This document shows positions 1-10,466 of a stretch of 64,000 bases of DNA, one piece after another; position 1 is the first letter of the stretch, and each line of letters begins with the position of its first letter. The notes under the pieces were generated by a model. The model saw only the letters and a list, made by a program, of their open reading frames with translations, ran no database searches and was not told the origin of the DNA. Location of the stretch: positions 127,758 through 191,757 of the forward strand of contig NW_008246107.1 in NCBI RefSeq assembly GCF_000281045.1. The letters run 5' to 3'. Source of the stretch: Saprolegnia diclina VS20. Its lineage: Eukaryota. The position numbers and the translations under genes are program-made.

Positions 1-417
1 AGTACCGAGTTTACTTTCTACGAGTCCGTATTCGAGCGGTCGAAGACACCATATTTGGCTTCAAATATGTCTATCAATCAAAAAAAACTGTCAAAATGGA
101 TACTAGTACATGGGCGGGTATTTTTCGGCTTATGAACCATATACGTTGCAGCGTAAAAATGTTTGGCACACGGACGAAAGGAAGAAAGAAAAAAAAGAGG
201 GAAGGAAGCAGCGAGAACACTGGAAAATCGGTATGCCGGTCTATGGCGTTCACCCTAAGACACCAAAGGTCTGGGCTCCGGTCTGGGCTGCCAGGAAGTG
301 CTCCTTTGACGAATTAGACTTGATGTTTGTATGCTTGTTTGGATTATTGAGCCAAAATACGATTTATGGCCGACACGATAGGCATTTTGACCAATCAAAT
401 ACGTTTTTTATGCTTAC

Positions 418-464
418 TGGCCGCGCTAACTAATTGCGTTGATCTGATTGGCCGCGCTAACTAA
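418..464. repeat. 16-bp direct repeat TGGCCGCGCTAACTAA x2 (418-433, 449-464), next to CCAAT-box motifs
   Basis: Exact copies 31 nt apart; CCAATC at ~391 and TGATTGG overlapping the second copy. Confidence 0.8.
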
Positions 465-797
465 AATAGAATACACGCATTCTGTATTAGATCCAAAGAG
501 ATTTTTCTCGGGGCCAGTTCCATGGCGCTAGCATGATCGTGATCGTCAGGTCCGGAATGGACGCTGCACTCGCCGCACGGAGGCCCACCCACCTAGGGCG
601 TTCCCGACGCCGCGTTGAATAATGACGATGGTAGGTCGTCGACGACGGCCTTGGCCTTGGACCGATGGGCTGCATAGCTCACGTAAACTTGGGGCTCCAA
701 ATAGGTCATATCCTGTTTTGGTTGGCCAAGGATATATCCTAGTTGACTTGTTCGAAGATCGCCAATGACGTTTTTGGAACGTGGGTCAGCCAGCAGA

Positions 798-3134
798 ATG
801 GAGCCCCACAGCTACGCCGGGCGCTGGCGCCGCAGCAAGGCCGCGACGAACGCGGTCCTCGAGTGGCTGCACCGAGCGACCAAGCCCAAGAGCAAGAACG
901 CCAAGAAGAAGGTCAAGAAGAAGGGCGCGCGGTCGGCCGATACCGCGACGTGGACCATGGCGCAGATCTACGCGGCCGCGCTCGAGGTCGTCGACGCCGG
1001 CACGACCGTGCCATCCAGCGTCTTGCGCGACCTCATGGTTATCATTCGCCTCCGGTTCGACGCTTACATCAAGCTACCGGTCGACCAGCGCGACGGCCAT
1101 GACGCGTACGTCGATGTGCTCCGCGCGGTATTGACCAAGTGGTTGCCGATCACGGACGACCTCAAGACGCTGGTGGGCCCTTTAAAGGACATGCGCACGG
1201 GCCGTCGGGACCGCGATGACGTAGGCCAGCGCGACTACTTTCCGCACTTGCCGCCGTTCGACGTCGACACGTATGCTCCGCCGGTCGACGACGCTGCTGA
1301 CCCGAGCATCGCAAGCCTCGACGCGCAGCGCCGCGAGATGCAGTTCGCCTGCATGTGCTTTGTCTTGGACATGGCCGACCTTATGCACGATGCCAAGCTC
1401 GGCTGGATCATGCACAAGGAGTCGGCCATGTGCGTGAGCGTCCCAACCGCGATTACGAACGCCGCCGTCTACGCAATCGAAGTGCTCCACACCGAGCTGC
1501 GCGAGACGTACCCGCACCTCTCGGACTTGGAAGCGATCATGGCCACGCTGCGCTGCGGCCGCTTCATCGTCGAGATCGTCACGGTCCACAAAGTGTCGGT
1601 GGACAAGGCGGCGGGCATGCTCATGGTCGCTCGCCGCGCGGCCATCGAGCGTCTCCGGCCGCTCTCGATCCAAGTCATGACAAAGGCGCTGTCCACGTCA
1701 TCGGCCATCGCGGGTCGCCTTGTCGACCGAATCGTTGCACAACTCGAAGGCGACGACTACTGGAACATGGACTGGACGACGACGCTTGGAAAAGGCGACA
1801 GCCTCACTGCGCTTCACGCGTACCTCAAGACGTTCATCGTGCACGCTCTTCGCGAGCCTGGGACGCGCGCAATCACGTATCCCGATACCTTTGGTCCGCC
1901 GTGGGTCGAAGGCGACGTCCTTCGCTGCACGCGCGACTTGTACCAGTCGTTCTTTGCAGACGTCTTGCCACCACTGCTCCTCGACGCCCAAGCCGGCTTT
2001 GCGTACTACGCACCCGTGTACGAAAATGAACTGGCGCCGCTCCGACGCCTCCTGACGGTGTACGTGCAGACGCAGCAGATCCCGGTCGCGCTGCTCTTTG
2101 CATGTCAAGCGACGCTCTGGAGCCTCTTCTTCACGCAAGGCCGATCGAGCGTTGGCGTCACGGTCGCGCGGCTCGCGCAGTCGACGCGGCGGGCGGTCGA
2201 CGACGTCCGGTTGCAGCTCGACTGCTGTCGGCTCAACCCGGACAGCTGGTATGTCCCTGCTTCGACGCGCGAGGCTTTAGATGCCGCTTGCAACTGGCTC
2301 GCGCATCGCCGGCGTCTCGCAGCCCCGAGCTTGGTGTTTACCCAAATGGAGCAAGACCGCGCGTGGTACAACCCGTACATGGCCGGGCAAATGATGCTCG
2401 TTTTGCGTCTCGAGATGGGCTACATCGTCGGTCGGTCGGTCATGGATGACATTGGCCAGACGCACATGCTCTTGCACCTCTACCATGCGCTCTGGCGTCG
2501 AGGCAAGGTTGCTGCCAGCGCCGAGATGGAGCTGCTCGCCGATGCATTGCCGCAGGTCTTTGTCGACGGCCGGCCGAACAGTGATTTCGCAGCGGCCCAC
2601 TTGCGGTCGTGGGGCTACGACCCAGCGAAGGCGACAGCGATGGCAGCTACGTTGCCTCTCGACAGCGCAAACATGCTTGCGACATCTCTCGAGGTGTCGA
2701 GCAAGAAGACCAAGAAGCCGCGGTCGCTGCCGTCGTTGACGGCAATGGCCGAGACGACGGCCTTCCGACGCGTGACGCAGCTCGAGCTACCATGTGGAAC
2801 CTTTGCCGACGACTACACCGAGTGGATGCGGACGCTCCGAGATGAGATGGAAGGTGTGCACGACCTCAATTTGGCGGCGATCGGTCAGCTCTTTCGTGGT
2901 GCGTGGATCGAGATGGCGGACGCACTCGGCTACCACGGCAGCAAGAAACACGATCGCGCGCCCGAAGTACCCAACGTCGTGCGCTTTGCCAACGAGAACC
3001 GCTGTGTGCAAACACTGCTCGGCCTCTGCGACCAGGCGCCCGACGACCCGCGCCTGCTTGTGGCCGCAACGGCCGTCAAGAACCTCGTGCAACGCGTACC
3101 GGAAGCGCGTCTTGTGGCGGCGCGCGACGTCTAA
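798..3134 (+). CDS. DUF6604-like hypothetical protein (~780 aa, intronless)
   Basis: Long GC3-rich ORF. The N-terminus SYAGRWRRSKAATNAVLEWL...VPSSVLRDLMVIIRLR...GHDAYVDVL resembles the DUF6604 pattern known mainly from fungi. An alternative in-frame ATG lies at 765. Confidence 0.7.
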   Translation: MEPHSYAGRWRRSKAATNAVLEWLHRATKPKSKNAKKKVKKKGARSADTATWTMAQIYAAALEVVDAGTTVPSSVLRDLMVIIRLRFDAYIKLPVDQRDGHDAYVDVLRAVLTKWLPITDDLKTLVGPLKDMRTGRRDRDDVGQRDYFPHLPPFDVDTYAPPVDDAADPSIASLDAQRREMQFACMCFVLDMADLMHDAKLGWIMHKESAMCVSVPTAITNAAVYAIEVLHTELRETYPHLSDLEAIMATLRCGRFIVEIVTVHKVSVDKAAGMLMVARRAAIERLRPLSIQVMTKALSTSSAIAGRLVDRIVAQLEGDDYWNMDWTTTLGKGDSLTALHAYLKTFIVHALREPGTRAITYPDTFGPPWVEGDVLRCTRDLYQSFFADVLPPLLLDAQAGFAYYAPVYENELAPLRRLLTVYVQTQQIPVALLFACQATLWSLFFTQGRSSVGVTVARLAQSTRRAVDDVRLQLDCCRLNPDSWYVPASTREALDAACNWLAHRRRLAAPSLVFTQMEQDRAWYNPYMAGQMMLVLRLEMGYIVGRSVMDDIGQTHMLLHLYHALWRRGKVAASAEMELLADALPQVFVDGRPNSDFAAAHLRSWGYDPAKATAMAATLPLDSANMLATSLEVSSKKTKKPRSLPSLTAMAETTAFRRVTQLELPCGTFADDYTEWMRTLRDEMEGVHDLNLAAIGQLFRGAWIEMADALGYHGSKKHDRAPEVPNVVRFANENRCVQTLLGLCDQAPDDPRLLVAATAVKNLVQRVPEARLVAARDV

Positions 3135-3285
3135 GTACGAATTGTGTTCTGTACGAATCCAAAATCCCTGTTTAAAGAATTGGGTCGAGTTAATGTGTGA
3201 TTGATATGCATATTGCTTAGCCAGTTGATGGTTCGTCTTGCTAGCTAATCGACGTACTTGGTGCGTCGGGCGTCGCATGCAACTG

Positions 3286-3579
3286 CTACGTGGATGCAGG
3301 CTCGTCGAGACGAGCAGGTCGACGCAGCTGCGTCGGGACCGGTGGCTTCATCACGAGCTTGGGTGATCGAGATATTGAGACCTTGGTCGTTCGCGTGGTT
3401 GTCTTGGGGGGTGCTGGAGGGGACGGTGCGATGGAAGGACTCGCGTGGGTCTTGGCGCGGGCGGCGCGGGCGGCTTCCGTCGCGTATAAAATGGGGTGGG
3501 CCGCTCGGAAAGCGGCGTCGGCGGCGGCAGCGCGTTCGGCGGCCACCGCTTGCTTGTGTGTCAGTCCGTAGAGGCTCAT
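3286..3579 (-). CDS. Small basic Ala/Pro-rich hypothetical protein (97 aa)
   Basis: ATG-initiated ORF immediately preceded on the minus strand by an Inr/FPR-like element (ACACTTTGTCATTTTG, 3587-3602). No recognisable domain. Confidence 0.5.
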   Translation of the reverse strand: MSLYGLTHKQAVAAERAAAADAAFRAAHPILYATEAARAARAKTHASPSIAPSPPAPPKTTTRTTKVSISRSPKLVMKPPVPTQLRRPARLDEPAST

Positions 3580-4086
3580 TCTTTTTCAAAATGACAAAGT
3601 GTTTGGACTAGGGATTGTAGTGGGAAAGGCGAGAACATACAAAAGCGTTCGAGTCTGCCCTGTCGCTTTGGACGAGCCGTGAGGACTGGCTTTTGTCGAG
3701 AATGAGAAGCGCGCTGCAGTGAATGGCTCGGCGTCTCTTGTATGAGAGCGTTGATTCCTTGCCCGCGCAGGAGGGACTTGAGAGTTGTTTCCATCTACTA
3801 GAGTACTAGTACAGCACAAGATTGCACACATCGCATACTAGTACATGTAGGGCGGACGATTCTGTCTCGTCAATCGACTGTGCGCCACTGTCACGACACT
3901 GCGGGTAGTGCATTTCTCGCTTCCCATGGCTCAGATCACGACGGTATGTCATCGACACCACCAAATGCGCTAGTTTTACATCAGCAATGCAGGAAACGAA
4001 ACCGTTGGGTGTAACATTAATTATTGTATAACACTAAATACTGCGAAATGGTGTGAGGGATTGTGAATCAAAAGTGCAAAGTGAGC

Positions 4087-6438
4087 ATGGCCACGTTTGT
4101 CGACGCCGTGCTGCGCCAGCCCGAGATTCTGGCTGCCATTTTTGGCTACCAAGCGGGCGTCTACGCTGACGTCGCGTCTCGGTTCCGCGACTTTCACTTG
4201 TATGTGGACTTTGAGCCGACGCAGGGCATGTACGAGGGCATCTACTGCCTCGACCCGAAGCTCGTCCGCACCTCGTACCGGTACCCGTACGACCCAGACA
4301 CGCCGCCAGATGTGCTCACCACCGAGACGCTGTACCTGAACTTACATAACACGCGGGACGCTCGCTTCCCGCTGCACCTTGCAATTCTCGAAGGCGATTT
4401 GGCCGCGACCAAGAGCATTTTGCGCTGCCGACCCGACCTCGCGTACCAAGAAGCCATCGAAGCAGCGATACAGCACAAGAAGCTCGAGATCGCGGCGTTT
4501 CTCTTACATCAGCGGGACGCGCACCATGTACACGGGCTGCACCGCAACTTTGAAGACGAGTTCCAGCGCCGGCCGTCGCGTCGCCTCGACGACTGGCTGC
4601 CGTCGAGCCGCTCGACGCTCTACAAGAACGACGCATCGATTCTGGCGCTGCTCTGGGCCCACCGGCAATGCGACTGGGACGACAGCGACCTCGTTCATAC
4701 TGCGTTGGAGCTCAACGCACTCGAAGCTCTTGCGTTTTTGATCGCGCATCTGCCACGCACGGCGCTCCGTGGCCTCTTGGACGTAGTGGCCGGGAATGGT
4801 CTCTTGTCGCTGGTCCAGCAGCTCAACACGATGGGCCTTGCCTGCACCACCCGTGCCATGGACGACGCTGCGGCGAACGGGCATCTCCATATCGTTACCT
4901 ACTTGCAGCAGCGTCGCACCGAAGGCTGTACGACCCAAGCGATGGACGCCGCTGCCGCCAACGGTCATCTGGACGTTCTTACCTTCTTGCACGAGGAGCG
5001 CACGGAAGGCTGCTCGACGGACGCCATGGACCGGGCGGCCGCCAATGGCTACCTTGGTATCGTGACCTTCCTACACGAAATGCGCGTGGAGGGCTGTACG
5101 ACCAACGCAATGGACGCCGCCGCTGCCAACGGCCATCTGGATGTTGTCACCTTCTTACACGAGAAGCGCACCGAAGGCTGCACGACGGCCGCGCTCAGTG
5201 GCGCCGCGGCGGCGGGACATTTGGATGTCGTCGAGTTTCTCGTGGACCACCGTGACGAGGGTGCGTCACCTGACATTCTCGACACCGCGGCCGCCGATGG
5301 CCGTCTCGACATTGTCATGTATCTGGACACGCTCGGGCGCTTTGCGTGCACGACCGCCGCTGTCGACGACGCCGCCAAGCACGGACACGTGGAGGTCGTC
5401 GCGTACCTCTTGGCGCATCGACGTGAAGGCGGCAGTCGAGACGGTGCCACGCAAGGCGCACTGGAGAGAGGTCACATTGCGGTCGTCGAGCGGCTCGTTG
5501 CCGCCGGGTACCCCCTTCCGGGAACCACCGGCAGCATCCTGCGGGCGATTCACAAGCCAACTGCCCTCGCGCTGCTGCAGCTCTACGTTGCGCAAGGCGT
5601 TGACCTGCCCACCTCGTGGGCCCGCGAGGTGCGACAGTATGCTACCAGCGATGTGGCCCAGTACTACTTTCAACACGCGCCAGCAGCCGCCAAGCATGCC
5701 GCTTCACGAACCCCAATATCCCGGTACAATCATGACTTGGACGATATCGAGACGGCACTGTGGAACGAAGACTTTGACGAGGTGCGCGAGCTCTGGGCGC
5801 AGCGCCCAGAGCTCCGACACGACCACTTGCTCGATCGTCTTGTGGGCAACGACGAGTCGCCGGCCAGTGCGATCGCATTTCTCATCGACGCCGGCGTCGG
5901 GCAGCCTCGACGCGTCGCGGTCGAGCACCTTCATCGCCGGAGCTTTGACATGATGACTCTCCTTTTGCCCTACTGTCTGCACCCGAAGGACCATCTAGAC
6001 AACCTCGCCTTCCTTGTCGAATGGATGAAGCAGGCGTATGCGTTCACCCCGTCGATGCTCTTGGTCCTTAAAGCCGAGATGATCGCCCAAGCCACAGCAG
6101 CGAACTGCCGCCACCTCCACGTCGGCACTGTCATCGAGGCGGTCACGGAAGAGCTGTTGGAGACGGGCGCAACGACCTCGTACGTCCAATCGACGTATCG
6201 GGGCCTGGAGCAACGGGTGCTCTTCCGGTCGGGTGTCGCCGACTGGGGTCTCGCAACGCTCGTGGTGCATGGTCTCTCAGTCGAGGCCACCAAGGACAAC
6301 ACAAAGAAGCTGCAAATGTGGGTCGGCTGGGTGACGAACACGGCGCTCAAAGCGCATCTGCAGCGCCTCCTGAACGAAGCGATGCCAAATGACTTGGTCG
6401 CCGAGCTGTCGTCAATGTACGAGTACTGCGATTATTAA
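4087..6438 (+). CDS. Ankyrin-repeat protein (Saprolegniales-type 28-aa repeats)
   Basis: About 8 tandem GCTTxAMDxAAANGHLDVVTFLHExRTE repeats (~4840-5500); N-terminal VLRQPEILAAIFGYQ segment typical of this expanded family. Confidence 0.9.
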   Translation: MATFVDAVLRQPEILAAIFGYQAGVYADVASRFRDFHLYVDFEPTQGMYEGIYCLDPKLVRTSYRYPYDPDTPPDVLTTETLYLNLHNTRDARFPLHLAILEGDLAATKSILRCRPDLAYQEAIEAAIQHKKLEIAAFLLHQRDAHHVHGLHRNFEDEFQRRPSRRLDDWLPSSRSTLYKNDASILALLWAHRQCDWDDSDLVHTALELNALEALAFLIAHLPRTALRGLLDVVAGNGLLSLVQQLNTMGLACTTRAMDDAAANGHLHIVTYLQQRRTEGCTTQAMDAAAANGHLDVLTFLHEERTEGCSTDAMDRAAANGYLGIVTFLHEMRVEGCTTNAMDAAAANGHLDVVTFLHEKRTEGCTTAALSGAAAAGHLDVVEFLVDHRDEGASPDILDTAAADGRLDIVMYLDTLGRFACTTAAVDDAAKHGHVEVVAYLLAHRREGGSRDGATQGALERGHIAVVERLVAAGYPLPGTTGSILRAIHKPTALALLQLYVAQGVDLPTSWAREVRQYATSDVAQYYFQHAPAAAKHAASRTPISRYNHDLDDIETALWNEDFDEVRELWAQRPELRHDHLLDRLVGNDESPASAIAFLIDAGVGQPRRVAVEHLHRRSFDMMTLLLPYCLHPKDHLDNLAFLVEWMKQAYAFTPSMLLVLKAEMIAQATAANCRHLHVGTVIEAVTEELLETGATTSYVQSTYRGLEQRVLFRSGVADWGLATLVVHGLSVEATKDNTKKLQMWVGWVTNTALKAHLQRLLNEAMPNDLVAELSSMYEYCDY

Positions 6439-6905
6439 CGATTTGTTATCAAGACGCTGTCATGCTGTCAGCCTTCCCTTCTACTAACTAGTATAGTTAG
6501 TCGGAGAGGCGTCAAAAGTTGTCGGTGGCGGTGATTTGCGCTAACGGAGCGTGCGTTGAGTTTGAGTTTGAAGCGTTGAGGCTGCGGGCTCGACGCAGGT
6601 GGCGTCACCAGGAGTCGCCGACAGCATCGAGTCTATCGTTGTATCTAGATGCGTGTTTGTGTAGTGGAGGTTCATCGTGGCGCCAACACGAGTCCTCTCT
6701 GAAGTGATGAAACGTGTTGGAGTTCGCGCACGTCCGACTCGCTTGCCATATGGTTGGTATGCGCCGGACCGATGGCATTCCCAAATTCGCGCACTCTGGA
6801 TTCGATGCGCATCTAGACCCCATTCAATACAAAGAGAGAGATACATGAAAATCAGAACTTGAAACGCGTGGTCATCGACCCATTCGCCATCGCACTCGAT
6901 CGTCG

Positions 6906-9900
6906 ATGGTTGGCCTGCTGCGCAAGGAGGAAGCTTCGGTCCGCGCGCTCACGGTCGCGTACGCCAAGGCCATCGAGCACCTTGACGACGCCGGGTCCTT
7001 CTTCCATGCAGCGGACCTGCCCGACCTGACAACGCCGGCTATCCGCATCGATGGCCTCCTCGCCGGCGACTGGTGGAGCTGGCCGGCCAACGCCGAGGAT
7101 CTCATCGAGCACCACGAAGCGCCCAACCGGTCGGGCCTCGTGGGCGCGCACCTCTTGCACTTTGACCATACAACGTACACGGAGAGCCGTGTGTGGGGCG
7201 AACTCATCCATGGCCTCCCGACGGCCATTGCAGCAGCGCTCAAGCCGGCAGGCGACATTGAGCCGCATCTGACGCACCTCGCGATCGACGGCGTCGACGC
7301 TCCGCCCGTGCTCTCAAGCACTGGCGAGATCATCTTTGGCCCCGGCAGCATGGGCACGCTCGTCGTCGCGCTGCCTTCGCCGCACGCACGGTCCATCACG
7401 ATCTCCGCTGGCGCCGAGACAATGACCTGGACGCCAAGCACTGGCTTGAGCTACGCGGCATGGTATGGCGACTGCACTGTTGACGTGGCGCCGATCACCG
7501 ACGGTCGGCGCGCGTACCTTGTCTACGACCTCGTGTACGTCCTGCCGCACACGTACCGGACGGCGCCAGCGGTCCCGGCGTCGCTGCCCGCGACGCTCGC
7601 AGCGCTCGCAGCCCGCCCCCACCAGGTGCCAACTACCTTTGCGTATCGCATCCAGTCCACGGCCAACGACGACGCATTGGACTTTGCGCATCTCGCGGCC
7701 CGGGATGCAGCCTTCGTGCAGGCGCTCGTCGACAGCGGTGCCTATGACGTGGCCCTCGTCGACGTCCGCGACCCGACGCCGCCACGGACGTTCCCAGACG
7801 CGATGCTGACCACGATCCGAGATATGCTCCTGCGCGCCCGTCCCAACATGAACGACGACGCCCAAGATGACGACGACGATGATGACGACGATGACGACGA
7901 CGATTCGGGCAGTGACGAGTTCGATGACGACGCCGACGACCACGAGGCTGCGACGCCGGCGCAGGTCGATCAAATCGCATTCCGAGCCATGCAAGAGCTG
8001 TACGGTCGGCAGCGACCGCCGCCGCTGCAGGACGTCGAGCTGGACACGCGCAACTTGGCCGCGCTCATGGTCCGCGGCGCACAAGAGATGGAAGAAGACC
8101 ACGGCCACCGGTGCAACGAAGGTCGCCCGTACGGCTATGACCCGGCCGACTTTGATACGACGGCGACCGTCGACGAGTACGACACCGGGTCGGACGCCGG
8201 CCTCGACGACTCAGACGACGACGACTACGACTCGGACGACTCGGAGCACGAAGACGAGGCCGATATGCTTGGCGATGACGACTCGTCCGACGACGACGAC
8301 GATCTTTTTGGGTTTGGCCGCCTGCTCCTGCCCCGGTCCAAGCGCCCGCTGGAAATCTCGGGCGCCGTCGTCCACACCGCGTCCGGTGACGTCGCAGCGG
8401 CGCTGCAGACCCACCTCATCGACCGCGTCGTCGGCACGTGGGTCGGCACACGAAGCATCTACAACATTGTGTCGCCGGTCCTCGTCTTTTGGCCCAAGAC
8501 GCACCGGGTGCGGCTCGTTGGCTACCGACACGCCTTTGACGCTCTCCAGCGCGCAATGACGACGCCATCAACGTCGGATATGCTCGGGTTCGACACGGTG
8601 CACGCGCTCGCCGTCGCGGTCATGGACACGGTCGGCACACCGACGCTTCCGACGCCGCCCGAGGACGCCACAGCGCTCGCTGAGTTTGTCACGTCGTCGA
8701 CGCCGGCGCTACGCGCGCTCTTTGTGCGGCACATGATCGACCTCCGCGACGAAACCTCGCGGCGCGACGGCCGCGACTGGCTCATCTCGGTCTTGACCAC
8801 CTTTGGCTGGGAGTCGATCGGGCCCGCGATCGTCGAGCTCGTTGCTCGGTCGAGCGCCGACTGGAAGGGAGCGGTGCTGACGCTGCGCTTCCTCGATACG
8901 CTGCTGCCGCCGACGGCGCCATACGCCCACCAGCCGTACTTTGGCGAGCTCGTGATCGGGTGCTGGTATGCGCTGCTGACCAACCTATGGTCGTTCGACG
9001 ACATGAGCGCAAACGAGTGGCGGCATGCCATCGGCGTCGACAGCCGTGTCTCGTTGCTGCGCCATGCGTGGTCATTGGACGCCCGCGTCGCCGCGTACCA
9101 TGCCAGTGACGCGCCGCGCGTCACGTGGCTCGGCGGCCACCTCCCGGGGCCCGTGCTGGCCACCATCCAGTCGTTTCTCGCGCCAGCGCCGTCGTTGCTG
9201 TCGGTCGTGACCAAGTATCCTGCTGCGTTCCACGGGCTCCACGTCATCTTGCCGGCGCTGCTGAGTGTGGAGAATGGGCGGCTCGAGGCGCCGTGGATGG
9301 CGCCGTACGTGGCGCTGGTGCATGCCGCCATCAAGTCGGAGCGCGAGCTGCCGATGCAGTGCCTCTCGGCCATCTTTGCCCTCGGCGCCAAACACGGCAT
9401 CTTGTCGGCGGTCGTTCACAAGGCGTGGTCGGGGCACCAGAGTCGGACAACAATGCCGCTGCTGCGCGCCATTCAAGACGGTATGGTCGTCTCGTCGGCG
9501 TCCGACGTCAGCTCGATCGCGGACCTGGTGGCGACAACTGCGCACGCGCTCAACGAGGCCGTGTCGGACGTCATCATGTTTTATGACGGCATGGGCTACG
9601 ACGACACGCCGCCGGTCAAGGAAGTGCACGCAGCGCTCTCGATCCTCGCAGTTGTGTCGCCGTCGCATCTGCGTCCGTTCGTCGACGATATTCTCACCAA
9701 GGTACATGCAAAGTCCGACCGTCTCTTCTTCGTCCGCGACCTCCTCTACCCGACGATCCGGTACGTGGACGCCAAGCTGCCGACGGCCACCGACCTTCGA
9801 GAGCGCTTGGTCGCTGCTGTCGTCGACGCCCTTGACCCGTTTCTGCGAGCGACGCGCCGGACCGGCCAAGCGAACTTTGCTCTGTCGTGCCGCTGCGCGC

Positions 9901-10232
9901 AGTGCCAGCGCGTCGCCGATGAGCTTGCCAAGCAGGCGCCGACGCGGTCGATCGACCAAGTGTTTCGTGCAACGTGCGACCAGCTCCGGGCGTTTGTGAC
10001 CAGTTGGCGCCCACACCGACGAATTGCTGTGTCGTTGATGGGGGCGCGCAATATGCGCATCCGCATGTTCTCGGAAGCCGGCGCGAGTGCCCGACGCCTT
10101 CGCGACGAAGCGTGCTTGGCGTACCTCCGTGGCGGGGACATGGCGCTGCCAGCGACGCGCAAACGACCGCCGTCGACAACGCCGTCGACCAAAGCCAAGC
10201 GGGCCAAGCCGACCGCCGACGCCACAGAGTGA
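6906..10232 (+). CDS. Degenerate 2OG-Fe(II) oxygenase-like domain protein with acidic insert and CxCxxC motif (paralog 1, 1108 aa)
   Basis: GSMGTLVVALPSPH...YAAWYGDCTVDVAPITDGRRAYLVYDL matches the double-stranded beta-helix pattern of P4H-like oxygenases; Asp-rich tracts; C-terminal CRCAQC; basic NLS-like tail. Confidence 0.8.
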   Translation: MVGLLRKEEASVRALTVAYAKAIEHLDDAGSFFHAADLPDLTTPAIRIDGLLAGDWWSWPANAEDLIEHHEAPNRSGLVGAHLLHFDHTTYTESRVWGELIHGLPTAIAAALKPAGDIEPHLTHLAIDGVDAPPVLSSTGEIIFGPGSMGTLVVALPSPHARSITISAGAETMTWTPSTGLSYAAWYGDCTVDVAPITDGRRAYLVYDLVYVLPHTYRTAPAVPASLPATLAALAARPHQVPTTFAYRIQSTANDDALDFAHLAARDAAFVQALVDSGAYDVALVDVRDPTPPRTFPDAMLTTIRDMLLRARPNMNDDAQDDDDDDDDDDDDDSGSDEFDDDADDHEAATPAQVDQIAFRAMQELYGRQRPPPLQDVELDTRNLAALMVRGAQEMEEDHGHRCNEGRPYGYDPADFDTTATVDEYDTGSDAGLDDSDDDDYDSDDSEHEDEADMLGDDDSSDDDDDLFGFGRLLLPRSKRPLEISGAVVHTASGDVAAALQTHLIDRVVGTWVGTRSIYNIVSPVLVFWPKTHRVRLVGYRHAFDALQRAMTTPSTSDMLGFDTVHALAVAVMDTVGTPTLPTPPEDATALAEFVTSSTPALRALFVRHMIDLRDETSRRDGRDWLISVLTTFGWESIGPAIVELVARSSADWKGAVLTLRFLDTLLPPTAPYAHQPYFGELVIGCWYALLTNLWSFDDMSANEWRHAIGVDSRVSLLRHAWSLDARVAAYHASDAPRVTWLGGHLPGPVLATIQSFLAPAPSLLSVVTKYPAAFHGLHVILPALLSVENGRLEAPWMAPYVALVHAAIKSERELPMQCLSAIFALGAKHGILSAVVHKAWSGHQSRTTMPLLRAIQDGMVVSSASDVSSIADLVATTAHALNEAVSDVIMFYDGMGYDDTPPVKEVHAALSILAVVSPSHLRPFVDDILTKVHAKSDRLFFVRDLLYPTIRYVDAKLPTATDLRERLVAAVVDALDPFLRATRRTGQANFALSCRCAQCQRVADELAKQAPTRSIDQVFRATCDQLRAFVTSWRPHRRIAVSLMGARNMRIRMFSEAGASARRLRDEACLAYLRGGDMALPATRKRPPSTTPSTKAKRAKPTADATE

Positions 10233-10466
10233 ATCCCACGTTGATGCACATCATCCACACTTTATTTGCTAAACTATAAAAGACAGTTTGTACATTAGTT
10301 GTCGGCTTTCGAGTTTTCACAGTGCCATGTGGAAAGTGCAATTTCAGGTTTCAAGTGCGCGCATCCTGGGTGCGGTCGATTTCATTGGCTGGATAAACAC
10401 GTGGGTAACGTCGAAAATTACGTAGCGAGTCTGAAACGCGCGAACGTGCAATTTCGATCGACACCG

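Noticed and set aside
4840..5500. Regularly spaced ~84-bp DNA repeats resembling an array
   Set aside because: They are coding ankyrin repeats, not CRISPR: no unique spacers and a eukaryotic context.
7850..8300. GAC/GAT microsatellite-like tracts
   Set aside because: They encode poly-Asp within a CDS and are not independent repeats.
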